Shown piece after piece: positions 36,927 to 49,736 of a stretch of 64,000 nucleotides of DNA. Origin of the DNA: Fistulifera solaris (Eukaryota); the NCBI GenBank assembly GCA_030295235.1, contig AP026146.1, positions 744,001 to 808,000 on the forward strand, written 5' to 3'. Each line of letters opens with the position of its first letter. Within the stretch, counting starts at the first letter, position 1. The notes beneath the pieces were generated by a model. It saw nothing but the letters and a program-made list of their open reading frames with translations, was not told the DNA's origin and made no database searches. The translations under genes and the position numbers were made by a program.

Positions 36927-37625
36927 CTACCAGCTAGTAATAGTTGCATTAACGGATGTATTGAAAAGACGGATAACAAATATATAGAGCGTAAAAGCAT
37001 GGCAGAAATCGTTGAAACATGCAGACGTTATCGGGTTTTCAAGGGTATCTTGGTCGTCAAGAAAGGCGGCGGCTTTACATTCGGAGCCCTTCAACGAATC
37101 CATGCATGCACTGCTGAGCTCGATTTTGAGCTGCAAGCTGATAATATCTTCGAGAATACCAACGCAAGCGATCTCCAAGGAAGACGCAACAACTGATGTT
37201 GACACATCCGCATCCGCTGCGAGTGGCGAAAGACGTCGGCAATATCCGCACCTACAGCAGTTAAACAAATACTTGCACTGGTATTCGCTGTATGAGCAAA
37301 CAAAGGCACAGGTCGGGCCACAGAGTTCGCGTCGTTTTCCGTTAGCTACCAGATGGAGACTTTTTTCACCATCGGAGGGTACATGCAAGTTGCGTCGATC
37401 CTCATCATCTCCTTGATCCCATTCGGCGCCGCCTCCGAGAACGGAAAGACCTTTCATCACGGCGGCCAGGGCAGGAATCATTATTTCGCTAATAGCAGCA
37501 CCCTCTTCAGAGGTGCACGTTCCTGGTGGATCGTTGGTGTTAAACCAGGCCACCGACATATCCATTCTAACAGCAGTGCCCAATGTGGGCAACAAAAAAG
37601 TTAGTAGAAAAGAAAAAGGAGCCAT
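36927..37625 (-). CDS. Secreted precursor with RRxL sites flanking an 8-Cys peptide
   Basis: Signal peptide MAPFSFLLTFLLPTLGTA; RRNL, RREL, then CGPTCAFVCSYSEYQCKYLFNCCRCGYC, then RRL. The C-terminus is uncertain. Confidence 0.72.
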   Translation of the reverse strand: MAPFSFLLTFLLPTLGTAVRMDMSVAWFNTNDPPGTCTSEEGAAISEIMIPALAAVMKGLSVLGGGAEWDQGDDEDRRNLHVPSDGEKSLHLVANGKRRELCGPTCAFVCSYSEYQCKYLFNCCRCGYCRRLSPLAADADVSTSVVASSLEIACVGILEDIISLQLKIELSSACMDSLKGSECKAAAFLDDQDTLENPITSACFNDFCHAFTLYIFVIRLFNTSVNATITSW

Positions 37626-38485
37626 GTTTACCTTTGATTATAAGCGAATATCTGACTTGAACGAATTGCTTTTAGCAAAGATTCCGGATTGTGGGAGGAA
37701 ACTCACGCCAGGCTAGTTTATCGGAGTCGGGAAGTTCGCAAATGCCTTCGGAGTCGGACCTTGGACCAATGAAAGTTTTGCTACGTACATTTCACAATTA
37801 GCCGCACGAATTCGTCAGAGTTAACAGAGCTAAGAGTTTAGGGAGCGCAGCACGTGCTTGCCGAGGAACAATAGCGGGCTGATGAGCCGGCGGCAAAAGT
37901 GTGATAGTTGTTATGTCTCTCTGATCGAATCTTTCCAAATTTTTTTGATGCAACCGCGAGCACAAAGAACAAGTAAAAACGGAGTGATAAGAACTTATGG
38001 TGTCCGCAAACCGCAAACGCAATAAGCTGCGAAGTCGAAGGTACTAGTGATTTGCGAATCAGTAATTGAGCGCGCGTGCATCATGCGTCCCACGTCAGGA
38101 GTCAGGAGTCCTTAGCAATGGTTGAGTATGTGCTGAGGGCAGAGGCACAATTGAGTATTATTTATGCCTGCATTAAGCCCGTGGTCAGCTCGATATTCGA
38201 AACTAAAAACTTAAAGCAAAAGCTTCAAAAGAAAAACGGTTAGGTTGATGCTTTCTGATTCGTGATTCAGAGTCAGTCAGGATAAAACGACGAGGTAGCT
38301 GGGCCTGCTGGTAACTGGTACCGGTACCATAGCAACACCTAATAGGCAGGGGCGTATCGAATACAAAACGAGAAAGGGGTAATGATCTCGCGTACATAAT
38401 TTTGTAGTAACGCACAACCAACCCCGCATGTATAAAATTTCTAAGGTTGAAATGATTGGATATGTACTACTACGTACTGTTTGAT

Positions 38486-40230
38486 CTAGAACTTTCCGCC
38501 CATGACAAAGTTTTGGATCATCTCCAACGAACGCTTTGGCTGATCTGTTGGGACCATGTGACCGGCATCATAAACTTGCAAAAAAGTGAACCCATCCGAC
38601 GTGCGTGCTTTGCCAACATCAAGATACTCATGCACATCGGCACCTTGAAAGCCTTTTTTACCATTCCACTCCAGTTCGTAGGTCCATTTTTCTGAAACCA
38701 ATTTGATCGTGATGAGTATAGGAAATAATCGACAACTTCTATGACACCTCAATTGACGTACCATTTCCAATATAGTTGCAAATAAAGTCAACATCACCGA
38801 CGTAAATCAGAGCCGGGTAGCCGGCATTCAACAACTCGGCAACGTATCCCGAGAAATCCTTCATCCAGTCGGTATGAAATTTCATGTTAATTCCAAAGTT
38901 GCACGATTCCCACGTGTGCGAATGCTTTTCGTCTACATGCAATGCCTTTTTCGTCTCTTCCCGGTTCAAGAAGCTCGAGACGTGCGAAAAGTCATAACAA
39001 AGGGGACGCACATCACATTTTTTGCGAATGTCGTAAGGGTTAAGACCGGTCATCTGATAAGGACTGGTCAAGGCGGTGTTGCAGACCAAAAAGGCTGTCT
39101 GACAGGCAAACGTATTGACAATAGAATCGCCTTCGTTGCACTTTTGAATCAAGGAAACGCATCTCGGCACAGCATCTTGCATGGCTTCGTATGTCTCTTT
39201 GACGACGACTTTGATGCCGTGCGAATTATTCCATACCATATCAGGATAAGCCGGATACTGCTTTTCGGGAGACGTTAGTCCATTACCAATGGCAAGGCCC
39301 GCATAGGGTAATTGGATAGTTCCATCACGACCTTCCTCATTACCCCGATAAATGCGATGAGAAATGCTAGGGACTAAAATAGATTCGTAACAATTGTGAG
39401 GAAAATTTCGAAAGAACATGAAGCCCCCATTATCAATCTCACTCACCATAATGTCCGGCGTACGACTCCCCAACAATGTACAAAGGAGATTCCTGATACT
39501 CGGGATAGGTCTGGAAGAAAGCCTGTAGAAAGTAGTACGCATCTTCCGCTACCATTTGCTCGTTTGCATCCGTCTCTTGACCGTAGGAGAAGCCGACGCC
39601 CGCCGGTTGATCGAGCCACAAAACGTGTGCAGTTTCTGTCCACGAATGGGGATTGACCGTAGTGCTTTTCCCGTCTGGATTGACCGAACAAGGTCCATTT
39701 TCCGTCAACAACGCCAGCGTAGAGGAACAGCCAGGCCCTCCTGTTAACCAAACGATCAACGGAATGGCCCCGTTGTCTTTTGTTGCCGAATTACGCTTCT
39801 CAAACATCCAGAAAAACAGATGCTTGTCTTCACCGTTCGCATCGTATTCACTGCCTTGAATGTCCATATATCCTGCAATACTTTTGCTCGATGCATCGCA
39901 AATATCATCGTGTCCTTCATTAACGTGTAGCGAGTGTACTTTATTTTTAAAAACGAACTGACTCTTGGCTCGTGCGGCCGGCGTCTGACAATCAAAGACA
40001 CCCGCCGGCAACTGTTTTGCTTGCTCGTGACTCATGCATTCTGAAGGAATCGCTCCTGCTTCACACCATTCGCAGCGTTCTCCGGTAGTATCATCGATTG
40101 TCTTGACGCAAGAAGTCGAATCGGTTGCTTGATTGCACGATGATTCGGGAAAAGAAGACCGCAACGACGAAGCGGCTGCTGCGGAAGCCGTCAAAAGGCT
40201 GTAGGCGGAGAAAATAGAACCAATTTTCAT
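38486..40230 (-). CDS. Serine carboxypeptidase, family S10; 3 exons (introns 39446-39374 and 38761-38692)
   Basis: Signal peptide; WLTGGPGCSS, DQPAGVGFSY, GESYAGHY|V (catalytic Ser), GD.DFICN (Asp), AGHMVP.DQP (His). Both GT-AG introns restore the frame. Confidence 0.95.
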
Positions 40231-40731
40231 CGTTTCGTTGATAATAAGGAGAAAAAAGCTGCACGTAGCTAAAAATATATACTTTCAATGTGATGAACGA
40301 GATGTAATCTTACGATTGAAATGTCTCTTCCCTTTCATATCACTGTCACTGATACTGGTATCATTCCCAGTCCCAGAGCATCATCGCTCGCAAAAAGAAT
40401 CACAGTTCCGTTGTGCCTGGCAGACTGGCAGAAGATCCGTTTCCTCTGTTTGACGTCAGCGGCTCACGTGAAACGCGCTTGACCCATGACTGAGCAATCA
40501 GTCTTGGCGAAGATTGACATACACTTCGGACAACAGACAAGTAAATAAAACTTTTCAAGATTTGCATTCGAAATTTTCCTTATATAACATTTTTGAAAAA
40601 TGATATGATTAGCTAAGCGAGTAGCTTGTAGAACTAACACGCGGATGGGAGTAGAGAATAAAAGACTAATTCAAAGACTGGATGGTGAGATAGATAAAGT
40701 AGCTTGTTAGCGCAGCAAGAATTAATATGCA

Positions 40732-41412
40732 TTATGCCATAGCTGCAGCGCAAGATCGTTGAGGCTCGAGCAAGACAAATTCCTCTGCCATAGAATGTAT
40801 GAGAGGTAGCAACCGGGCTCGGTTGTAAATAAGCCAATCCTGACAAACTTGGGCTGCCGTTTCAATATAAAGATGTGAGTAAATGTGCCCCATGTTGTTC
40901 ATTATGGCGAATTGCATAATCTCACTCAAAGGGAGAGTGCCTTGGCAAAGTTGATAAAGTTGCAGTGTCTTGCGATACAGAACGGAAGAATTCAGTCGAA
41001 TGGCTTGATGATGATGTAAAAGTGCGAGATTGTATAAGAGCACTGCGGCGCAAACATTGGGGCTCGCTCGTTTCGAAAATTGCATGGCTCGCTGAAAGAA
41101 GACAAAGACACCGTTGGGTGATACAACACCGAATTCTCTCTCATCGACAATAGGAGTCGATTGACTAATAATCGAGCAGTCACTATGCGTCGAAACGTCT
41201 TCCCTTGATCGCATCATCTCTTGTATTACACCGAGACCTCGTTGTAAACATTGCATGGCTTCTTTTGTTTGATACGTTCGAAGAAAGGCGATAGCTCGGT
41301 TGTTCAGCGACTCCACGTCGAGTTCATTCGGTTGCAATTTTTGTTGATACCGAGCACGAGGTGGTTTTAACGAGGAAGTGCGCGCGGATGGAGTTACTTT
41401 CATCATGGCCAA
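40732..41412 (-). CDS. Helical TPR-like hypothetical protein (common diatom-type family)
   Basis: LNNRAI..L, AVLLYNLALLHH, LQLY, NNMGHIY and terminal A.AA motifs. Confidence 0.65.
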   Translation of the reverse strand: MAMMKVTPSARTSSLKPPRARYQQKLQPNELDVESLNNRAIAFLRTYQTKEAMQCLQRGLGVIQEMMRSREDVSTHSDCSIISQSTPIVDEREFGVVSPNGVFVFFQRAMQFSKRASPNVCAAVLLYNLALLHHHQAIRLNSSVLYRKTLQLYQLCQGTLPLSEIMQFAIMNNMGHIYSHLYIETAAQVCQDWLIYNRARLLPLIHSMAEEFVLLEPQRSCAAAMA

Positions 41413-43463
41413 ACAAAAGGCGATCTAATATTTGTGTGCATTCGGTCAAAGTGGAAGAATAACGTTTTGGTCAAAAATCACTTGGTGTTTTTACATCTCA
41501 AAAAAGCCTTCTAAAGCCAAATAAGCCCAAAAAGTACTGAAAGCAGGAACCTTTAAACCCGAGACCAAGACCCATGAAAAGGATCTTTGATACAGTAGAG
41601 TAGACATATGGAGAGGAGAAATTCTCCCATCTCCATCTCCGACTGTAGACTGTCGACTGCCATCTCCAGCCTCCAGCTGCAATAAGCCATAACTGTCGAT
41701 GCTCTCGATGCGATATGCGATAGAGTTTAGCACCAATTTGGTAAATCGTCGGTCCATTGAAATTGCTGACGCTTTACAGAGTAAATCTCCCTCCGCTATT
41801 TATTCACGAACATTATGGTGTTAAACTTCAACGCGTGCGTATTTCGAGACTTGTTCTTTGTTTCTCAGACGATACACAACTTTCTTACACGCAACGCAAG
41901 TCAAGTTCCGCATACCAGGTATTGGATTGGCTGCCCTAAGTTTTTTCTTGAACCGGAAGCCGAAAAGGCCTAACTCCTCGTTTCTTCCTGTACTCTGTTC
42001 TTGGTACTGCAATTGGTAAGGCAGGCTAGCCTGCATTCCTGTTTCCGGTTCCTGGTTCAAGTTCATGGTCGAAGGCAGAGAAGTGGACGCAATGAAACCA
42101 AATTCTTTGTGATGTGTTATGCTAGGCGCTAGGCGACAATGAAATGATTGCAGGCAAACATACTACCAGTAGTCCTAATTGGACGACGGCAACTCACACT
42201 CGAACGCAAAGCCGGATGAAAAGACGCTCGACACGTTTTCAGTTTCATGAAACACGAGAAGCCTTCATGTCTGCTGTCGGTCCTGGTCCTGGTACAGTTC
42301 CAGGTAAGGTACCGGTACCGGTTTTCTATAGCCGATAGTCTTTGGTTTTTAATAAAGCGTGAGATCAAAAATACTTAAAGTAGAATAGTATCGGGTGAGG
42401 CAATAATCTGCCAACTCACCGTAAACCACAGTTTCGTATCAGCTCAATAATTCCCCTAAGCATTCTCTATCTAAGCCCCTGACCCCTGACTATTGACAGA
42501 GGAGGTGCAAGCTTTTTGTTTAAACGCGCCGCACTCGTGCAACGCGAACTACTACTGAACTCTTTGTGCCTTGTGCTCGAGACTTTGCGTCCACGTTCCA
42601 CGTCAATCATGGATCATGGATCATGAAGTCATCCACTGCGCTACTGGTACTTAAAACGATAAACGATGAACTTATGATTGGGAAGTCGGGACTGGGAACT
42701 GGGACTGATGTGAATTTTATTCAAATAGTACTAGGCACAGAACTTTCTAGAGTAAAGATGACGAAAGATGAATAAATCGTTTACAATTTACAATACCGAA
42801 TGAGTGTGATTGTGATTTGTCAGATGATGAATGATGATTAATGATGCAAGATGAAACTGACAACAAAGATGATGAGATTCCGGCATACCAGGTAAAGCAT
42901 TAACAGGTTTTCATTATCAACCGTGCTTACGCCGTGATGGGATGCTGACAACTTCGAAATTGAAAACTACGTTCTCGCCATTTAATCCAACAATTACTTG
43001 GGACTTGTTTGTTAATAGTTAGTGTGTTTCGCAAGTCGTTGGGTGGCTGTAGCAGCCTATGAAAATGAAAAGGTCTTGCAATCATTCTATTACGATCCAA
43101 TGATGAACAAGTATTACAAGCAGATGACAAAGGCGGAATGATAAGGAAAAGGCACAAGCTTAATAGAAGAACGGGGTGGACTATCCTCAGGCTTTGAGTG
43201 CTACTCAAGCGAAACCATAGTAGTGGTTCGTGGTTAGCGTTGCGGGCTGACGTTAAAGCTGCCTATAAAACCATAACCTTAACGCCAACGCCGGATGACT
43301 TGATTTTTTGCTCCTTTTTGCGCCTTTGTACCTTGTATTCGACCATGACATCCCATTATTATCTGCAGACTACTCCGTATATTATTAATTTACGTGTCGA
43401 GCATCTTCTTATTTGATTGAATGAGCATAGCCATTTGATATGATACGGTGAAATTCTAGAAAA

Positions 43464-44291
43464 ATGGAAGCAACAGCGCGTGGCAAACGAAAGCGAAATG
43501 CACACGCAAACACACAAATGCTCAACTATATCGTGGTTGTTGTAACATTTCTTCTGATGCTAGCGCTTGTTAACGTGATTTTCTTGCACAGTCACATGCA
43601 TAACTATAAGAATCAAATTGATCTTGTTTCACAGAGCGTTTCACGATCCGCATCGGGTTTTGACATTTCAATGCAATCACTTTTCAAACAGCATAATGCA
43701 ACGGGTTTCCTTCTAAGCGATGTTTCAACTTGCCCTGGACTACCACGAACAGCCTGTTCGGGCAAATCATATTCGATAATAGCTCTTTGCTCGGAAAACC
43801 TTCTTCCTTCTGTTGTCCATAGAGTTTTACAGTGGATGCACGACCCTTTTGTTCATCAGATCTTCCTCCTATTTCCTTCGTCTTTCCGAACGATTCTTCT
43901 GCAAGATATTTACTACGGATCCAGATTACTACATTGGGAGCAGCAGAAGTCGATACAGCTTTTATTTGCAGATTCTCTTACAAAGGCTTTGCAAAACGTT
44001 CATGCATCCACCGGTGCAGTCGTTTGGGTTCCCGAACCAAATGTGCTAGTGTCAACAAAGAGGATGCGAGAGGCCTTCGATCATTGGAAGATTGACGCGT
44101 CACGACCAATCTCTATAACCAACACAAAAGAAATCGGAAAGCAGTGGTTTCTTTTACACCGTAACTGGCTGTGCGCTTTACAATCAATGACAAACTCAAC
44201 GACAAGTGATTGGGAAGTCATTTCATTGCATCATGTGTTTTCCCTTGTGGCTCCCACTCACCCCGCTGGATTCATTCAGAACACTTGTTGA
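43464..44291 (+). CDS. Type II membrane hypothetical protein (possibly continues to about 44590 through frameshifts)
   Basis: Basic N-terminus, TM at about aa 20-42, lumenal domain; an overlapping ORF 44210..44488 suggests a frameshifted continuation. Confidence 0.55.
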   Translation: MEATARGKRKRNAHANTQMLNYIVVVVTFLLMLALVNVIFLHSHMHNYKNQIDLVSQSVSRSASGFDISMQSLFKQHNATGFLLSDVSTCPGLPRTACSGKSYSIIALCSENLLPSVVHRVLQWMHDPFVHQIFLLFPSSFRTILLQDIYYGSRLLHWEQQKSIQLLFADSLTKALQNVHASTGAVVWVPEPNVLVSTKRMREAFDHWKIDASRPISITNTKEIGKQWFLLHRNWLCALQSMTNSTTSDWEVISLHHVFSLVAPTHPAGFIQNTC

Positions 44292-44751
44292 TAGCATCTC
44301 AATTTTTTAACGATGGAATGTGCAAAAACCACATAGTCGAACCATTTCAAGTTGCGGATTCGAGTAGGTTGAATCACTTTTTTCCTGCTTACTGTCACCT
44401 AAGCTTATGCCTAATGGACACAGCTTTGAGTGAACTCGTTTCACTTAACGCTTTGAGAAGATCGCAGAGGGAAATTGTCATCTATTAGGGAAACACCTCG
44501 CGATCACCTTTGTCGGCTACAATTTCTCAACGTGCTTTTGATGACTTTGTGGAGCACAACAAAATATTAATCTCGAGATATTGCAGGTAAAGTTTTGCTA
44601 CTGTGAAATATTAGGATGACTATTTTTACCATCGCAAATTTTTTGTTGGCCGTGCTTTGTTCGAGTTCATCCAATCTAGCTCGTGAACGAAGCATCCTGA
44701 TTCACGCTTGAACCGCGGACCATTCAACCAAAAAAGGGAGACACGGACAGT

Positions 44752-45032
44752 AAAATATGGGCGAGTGGTGTTTTCACGTACCCAGAAAATATGCGATTGT
44801 GGTGTTGTTACGTACCCAGAAAATATGGGAGTGTGGTGTTGTTACGTACCCAGAAAATTTGGGCGTGTGGTGTTGTTACGTACCCAGAAAATATGGGGGA
44901 GTGGTGTTTTCACATACCCAGAAAATATGGGAGTGTGGTGTTTTGACGTACCCAGAAAATTTGGGCGTGTGGTGTTGTAACTGGTGTTTTCACGTACTAC
45001 GTACCAAGAAAATATTATGGAGGAGTGGTGTT
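44752..45032. repeat. 34-bp tandem minisatellite, about 6-7 copies plus a degenerate end
   Basis: Unit AAAATWTGGGMGWGTGGTGTTKTYACGTACCCAG; CCCAG recurs at 44781, 44815, 44849, 44883, 44917 and 44951 (period 34). Confidence 0.95.
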
Positions 45033-45307
45033 TGTGCGAACGACGAAACGGGAAATTTATTGAGAAAGACGCTTTTCGGCGTCTGCCCATCGCTCGCTAT
45101 TTAAAAAGGTCCACCAGCATGGAGTGGTTGGCGAAAAAGGCTAACGACGATGATGATTGAAAATGATCCTTCATGTTTAACATGCATAACAAACGACCAG
45201 TTGTTTACTTGCAGCTTTGAGAATATTTCATTTACCGCCTTATACTTTGAAAGATCGAAGTATTCGTTATTTAAAAACAAAACAAGCAGAATTAACAATA
45301 TTCGACA

Positions 45308-45966
45308 ATGGGAAGAAGCGGAATAGCCGATCGAGAACCTTGTCCGTACCGCATTATCGACGATATTGGCGGTGCGTTTTGTATGGGATGCATCGGCGGA
45401 GGAATATGGCATAGCGTTAAAGGGGCTCGATTAGCACCAGCAGGAGCGCGAATGGCGGGTAGTATGTCTGCTGTTATCGCTCGTTCTCCTGTATTAGGAG
45501 GGCAATTCGCTGTATGGGGAGGTCTATTTGCTTGTTGCGATTGCACACTCACAGCAGTGCGTCAGAAAGAAGATCCCTGGAATTCTATCATCAGTGGGGC
45601 CGCGACGGGGGTATTCTCGCGGCGCGTGCGGGTCCCCGAGCGGCGGCTTCGGCAGCAGTTGTTGGAGGAGTTTTGCTCGCTCTCATTGAAGGTATGGGAA
45701 TTATGATCTCCCGCGCTTTAGCTCCGGCGCCTCCGACGGCGGAAGATTACGAACGAGCGATGCAGCAAGATGTCACGGCTCCTCCGACGATGGGAGGTCT
45801 AATGCCGCGTAACCCTTTCATGTCAAGTGCGTCCGATGCATCCCCACCCGCAAGTGCGCCTTCCCAGCCCTACATGGAAACCGATGGTAGCACGACCTTT
45901 TCAAAGGAAACGACTACGTCTTCAAATGATTCGTCGGGATCAAAGTGGTGGCCTTTTGGCAAGTAG
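45308..45966 (+). CDS. TIM17: Mitochondrial import translocase TIM17 (frameshift in G run near 45608)
   Basis: REPCPYRIIDDIGGAF.MG.IGG, GGQFAVWGGLF...DC, RQKEDPWNSI.SGAATG|GILAARAG, GGVLLALIEG.GI. Confidence 0.93.
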
Positions 45967-46019
45967 ATACGCGCTCATGGATAATACAAAATAATCGTTG
46001 TCATGTACTACTTTATTTT

Positions 46020-49000
46020 TTAGTTATCACTACCGCTGTCTTCGCTGCCGCTGCTACTATCACTAAGCTCCCGCGCTTTGCGTTTACTGCCATTTCTTTC
46101 GACCTGTTCCTCTTTAATCTGTCCCCAGCTGTCAAATACTTTTATATCGATCAACATACCCCCGCTGTAACTACGCAATTGTCGTACGACGTCATGAATA
46201 TTGTGAATCATCAACGTATCGTTCTTCCAGCCATCGTTTAAGGCAGGTCGAGCGGATTGAGAATGTCGAGCCGAAAATGGACGAGGTTCTTCTGGTCGCC
46301 ACAAAACAGCAATGACGTCGGGGCAATACTGATTGTAGAAAAACAAAGCCAGGTCACCCATCTGAGCACGCAAGCGCTGTACAAGTTCAGTCACCGGCTT
46401 CCATTCGAACAGTACGTGTTGGTCTGGAAGTAAGTTCCGATATAACTTGATCCGTAGATCCTTCGGTCCTTGACGAAGTAGCTGCATACTTCGTGTGTAT
46501 GAGCTTACGCCATCTTTCACCAACAAGTCGGCTCCTGTGCTGGTGGACTCGTTGTCGACGAGCAAGTCTGGGTCGATTCGTAACAAGGCACTATAGGAAC
46601 GGAAAGTTGATGCAGTCTCTTGAAAGGCGGCCTGCCAGCTATCTTCTTCTTGAGAATGTTTCTGGAGAAAATCTCGGGTGCGGGCTGCCAAGGCTTGGGC
46701 TCGTTTTAGCACAACGATCTCGGGAACCATTCGAGAATAAAAATTGCAAGCGGAAGATGGCTTTGAATTTTGAGAAGAATCGTTCGGTGTCACAATATAC
46801 ATGGCCGGGCCCTGAGCAAATTTAGATCCACGAATGTGTTCAAAAGTCTCAATGATTTGGTGTCGCCCATCCAGCGAAATTTGATGCTGGGGGTCTACAA
46901 TCAATGGTTCTTTGGCCCAATCGTGGTCCGCCAAAATACCTAGCACTCCAAGAAAGCCAGATATGAAGGAAGCTGGACAGCCGAGCGGTGATTCCGTATA
47001 TACGTGGCAGACCAATAGCTCGATTGTTTCGAAAGAAATCTGGCCTGACAAAAGATGGCTAGACAACCATTTTTGCGTGAGACGAACAACGGTACTACTC
47101 GACGCGTGTTTGGTATAAACCGAGTGCACAAATGAGTGATGCGTCGATGCGACCAGACACCGTTTGAGTACAGCAGCATCATTCACGGGAACGTCCTCGA
47201 GCAATGTTATTTCATGATCAGCTCGAAGAAACAATCGAAACACGTAACCTCGGAAGGCAATGTCAGCGTACTCTTTCGTAACGACAGTACTACGCAGTGC
47301 AGAAGAGCTGGAGTATGTCATCGCTTCGATGGCGTTAGTGAGCTGGATTAACATCGCAGTTTTAGCCGCCGCTATAGCGGCAATGTCGTTGGGCCACTTT
47401 GATGACGCACCAAGTCGCAAAAGAATTTCTATGGGCTCACTCTGAACTGCGCCAGTTGCCACTTGCTCTTTAGCTGCTGGCCCTCCAAGTAAGGAATGTG
47501 GAATCGGCGGATAGAGGGAGACGTAACGAAGTGCAGGTGATAGTGGCTCCACAGCATCAATAGTCAGTGGCAGACCTAATTTCGATGTCTTCTCCGTCAA
47601 AGACCCAGGCACGGGTTCTGTTGCGATGCTGTTCTTGCGGAGAAAGTCGGAAAAAACTTCGAAGGCTTTCATCGCACTTCGATGCGCCGCGGCAGGATTG
47701 CCGGCGTCCCAGGCTTCTTGCTGTGTCGATGCACTCACAACATCCACTATGGACGCCATATTCCGTAGATGGAATCGCAAGGGTCCATTTTTCTCTTTCA
47801 AAAAATGCGTTTTGAGAATATGACGTGTTATGCGCTCCACGATTCCTCCTTGGTTTGTTTCATCATTTTGAAAAGATAGAACCGAGTCAGTATCGTCCCA
47901 CACTGCCGAATATATTATTGCCCCATCTTTGAAGCGACGAAGTTCAGCCTTGGTACCCCACAGACTTGTAAACTTCTTGGATGCAAAAGTATCATCGGCT
48001 GAAGGACCTCGATCTACAAGTCGCCAGCAGGTGTCTGGATCCAAGGAAATCCCAATTACAAGCTTGTCGGACCCCGTCGCACTCTTGATTGAGTTCGCAA
48101 TTGCATTTTGTATAGGATAGCGCGGAGTTTCGTCAGAGTCGCTGATGGCATCCAATACAGTAGCGGACGTGTGACCATTTCCCGTTGTCAAGATTCTAAC
48201 ATCGCGCACGCGATCACCTAAAAGCCCGATTAAGCATTAATGTGATGGACCTAATTACCGCATCATACTCTCCCAGCTCGGAAACTCGCTTCCACATACC
48301 GGACTGCCTATTATTCAATGAGGACAATGGTACAGTCATATAGGCGTCATACCGATCAAAAAACCGACGCGATGATTTAGGAAAAGGAATTCGAAAGTAT
48401 TGAACGAATGTAGAGCATCCAAACTCCTCTGCGATTCAATTTGCAGGGTGCCCATGAAGGAAGGCGAAGTGCTTCCCAAGTAGTTATAAGTCATAGATTC
48501 ATCGAGGAGCACAGGACCGAACGTGTAATGTTGTTGATAGTATTCGAAAAGTGTCGAAGGTTCTCCTTCCTCTGCCTGGTAACAAACTGACATCGACAAC
48601 ATTGGTACCGACGAGCGACATCGACTTCCGTCACCTGAAGGCATCACCAAAACTTGACGCTTCGTACTATCATCGCCTAGCCAGTTTGTTTGCGCACAGC
48701 ACTTGAAAAATGCGGCAAGGATCTGCGACGGGGCCATTCGACTGTTTATTTGCTTAGTGCGGACAAGATATTCGAGAAGGACCTGCCAATCGTCAAATCC
48801 ATCATGATTACGATACAAACCTCTCTTCAGGCACCAAATTTGAATCAAAATGACGGCTTCTGTCATATTTTGAAACTCGGTCGGTGTAGACGTCTCGAAG
48901 AATCGTTTTACGTGGACCGTCAATATATGATTGTAGAACGGGGTAGTTTTCGACTTCGTGCACCAAGGTTTCTTATTGCTATTGTGGTGCATCAAATTGC

Positions 49001-49736
49001 AGCGATTAGGTAGAAGTCGCAATTTGGACGCCATCCAGTCCAAAGACTCCATTTCAAACGATATTTGAGCACGAAATCTTAACTTTTTCAAACCGCTGTT
49101 TTCACCCTTTTTCCTTTTCTTGTTGTGGTTCTTGTCCTCGACTTGTGGAACCACCATCAAAAGAGGCCTTCTCTTGTCTGCATGGTCAAACTCCCAGTAC
49201 ACGGACGAGATAAAACTCTTGTAGCGCGAGCTTGCAAGCTCGGAAGCAACAAAGGACGCAAGAATATTCCGTTTGTCCAGGTATCTATTTCGCAGGTAGT
49301 CTTTAGGATCGAATAACGAGTTCGGCATGACAACAGCCATCTTGAATGTCGGCAATACATTTCCGTTTCCGCGGTATTTTGTCATGTATTGATGAGATTG
49401 CAAATAGCAATCGAGTGATTCTGCCCAAGGAAGTTCCATGGACTCAGCTGCTAGGTCGGAAATAAGCTGTGTCGGCAGTTGTGCAATGTACGGTTCGGAG
49501 TCGCTGTTTGTTAGAATCGTTGGTTTGATTCGCTTGATGGAAGATTGAAGCTTTTCTAGATAGTCTCGAGCCTCTGGAGCCCAACTGACGCATCCATCGT
49601 CATGCTCATCCAGCGACAAACGACATTCCTTTACAAGCAATTCGAGTTGCATCCGCAATAAATTCGATTTGTGTAGATCGTGCACTGCGTCGGCCAAAAA
49701 CTCGGCGTCTTTCTGCACGTCATCGACTTGCTTCAT
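46020..49736 (-). CDS. NOL6: Nucleolar protein 6 / Utp22 (Nrap) homologue; frameshift(s) or intron between 48210 and 48370
   Basis: MP..LF.PKDYL..RYLDKR, VDRGPSA, F..LWG.KAELRRFKDG.I, S.KWP.D..AI..AK.A, KWLSSHL, DW..EPLIVD, IAVLW.P. Confidence 0.88.

Noticed and set aside
44752..45032. CRISPR-like array (34-bp repeat)
   Set aside because: Units are directly tandem with no unique spacers, there are no cas genes, and the context is eukaryotic.
45590..45625. Programmed ribosomal frameshift in TIM17
   Set aside because: No slippery heptamer with downstream structure; a 1-nt loss in a G run fits the window-wide error pattern.
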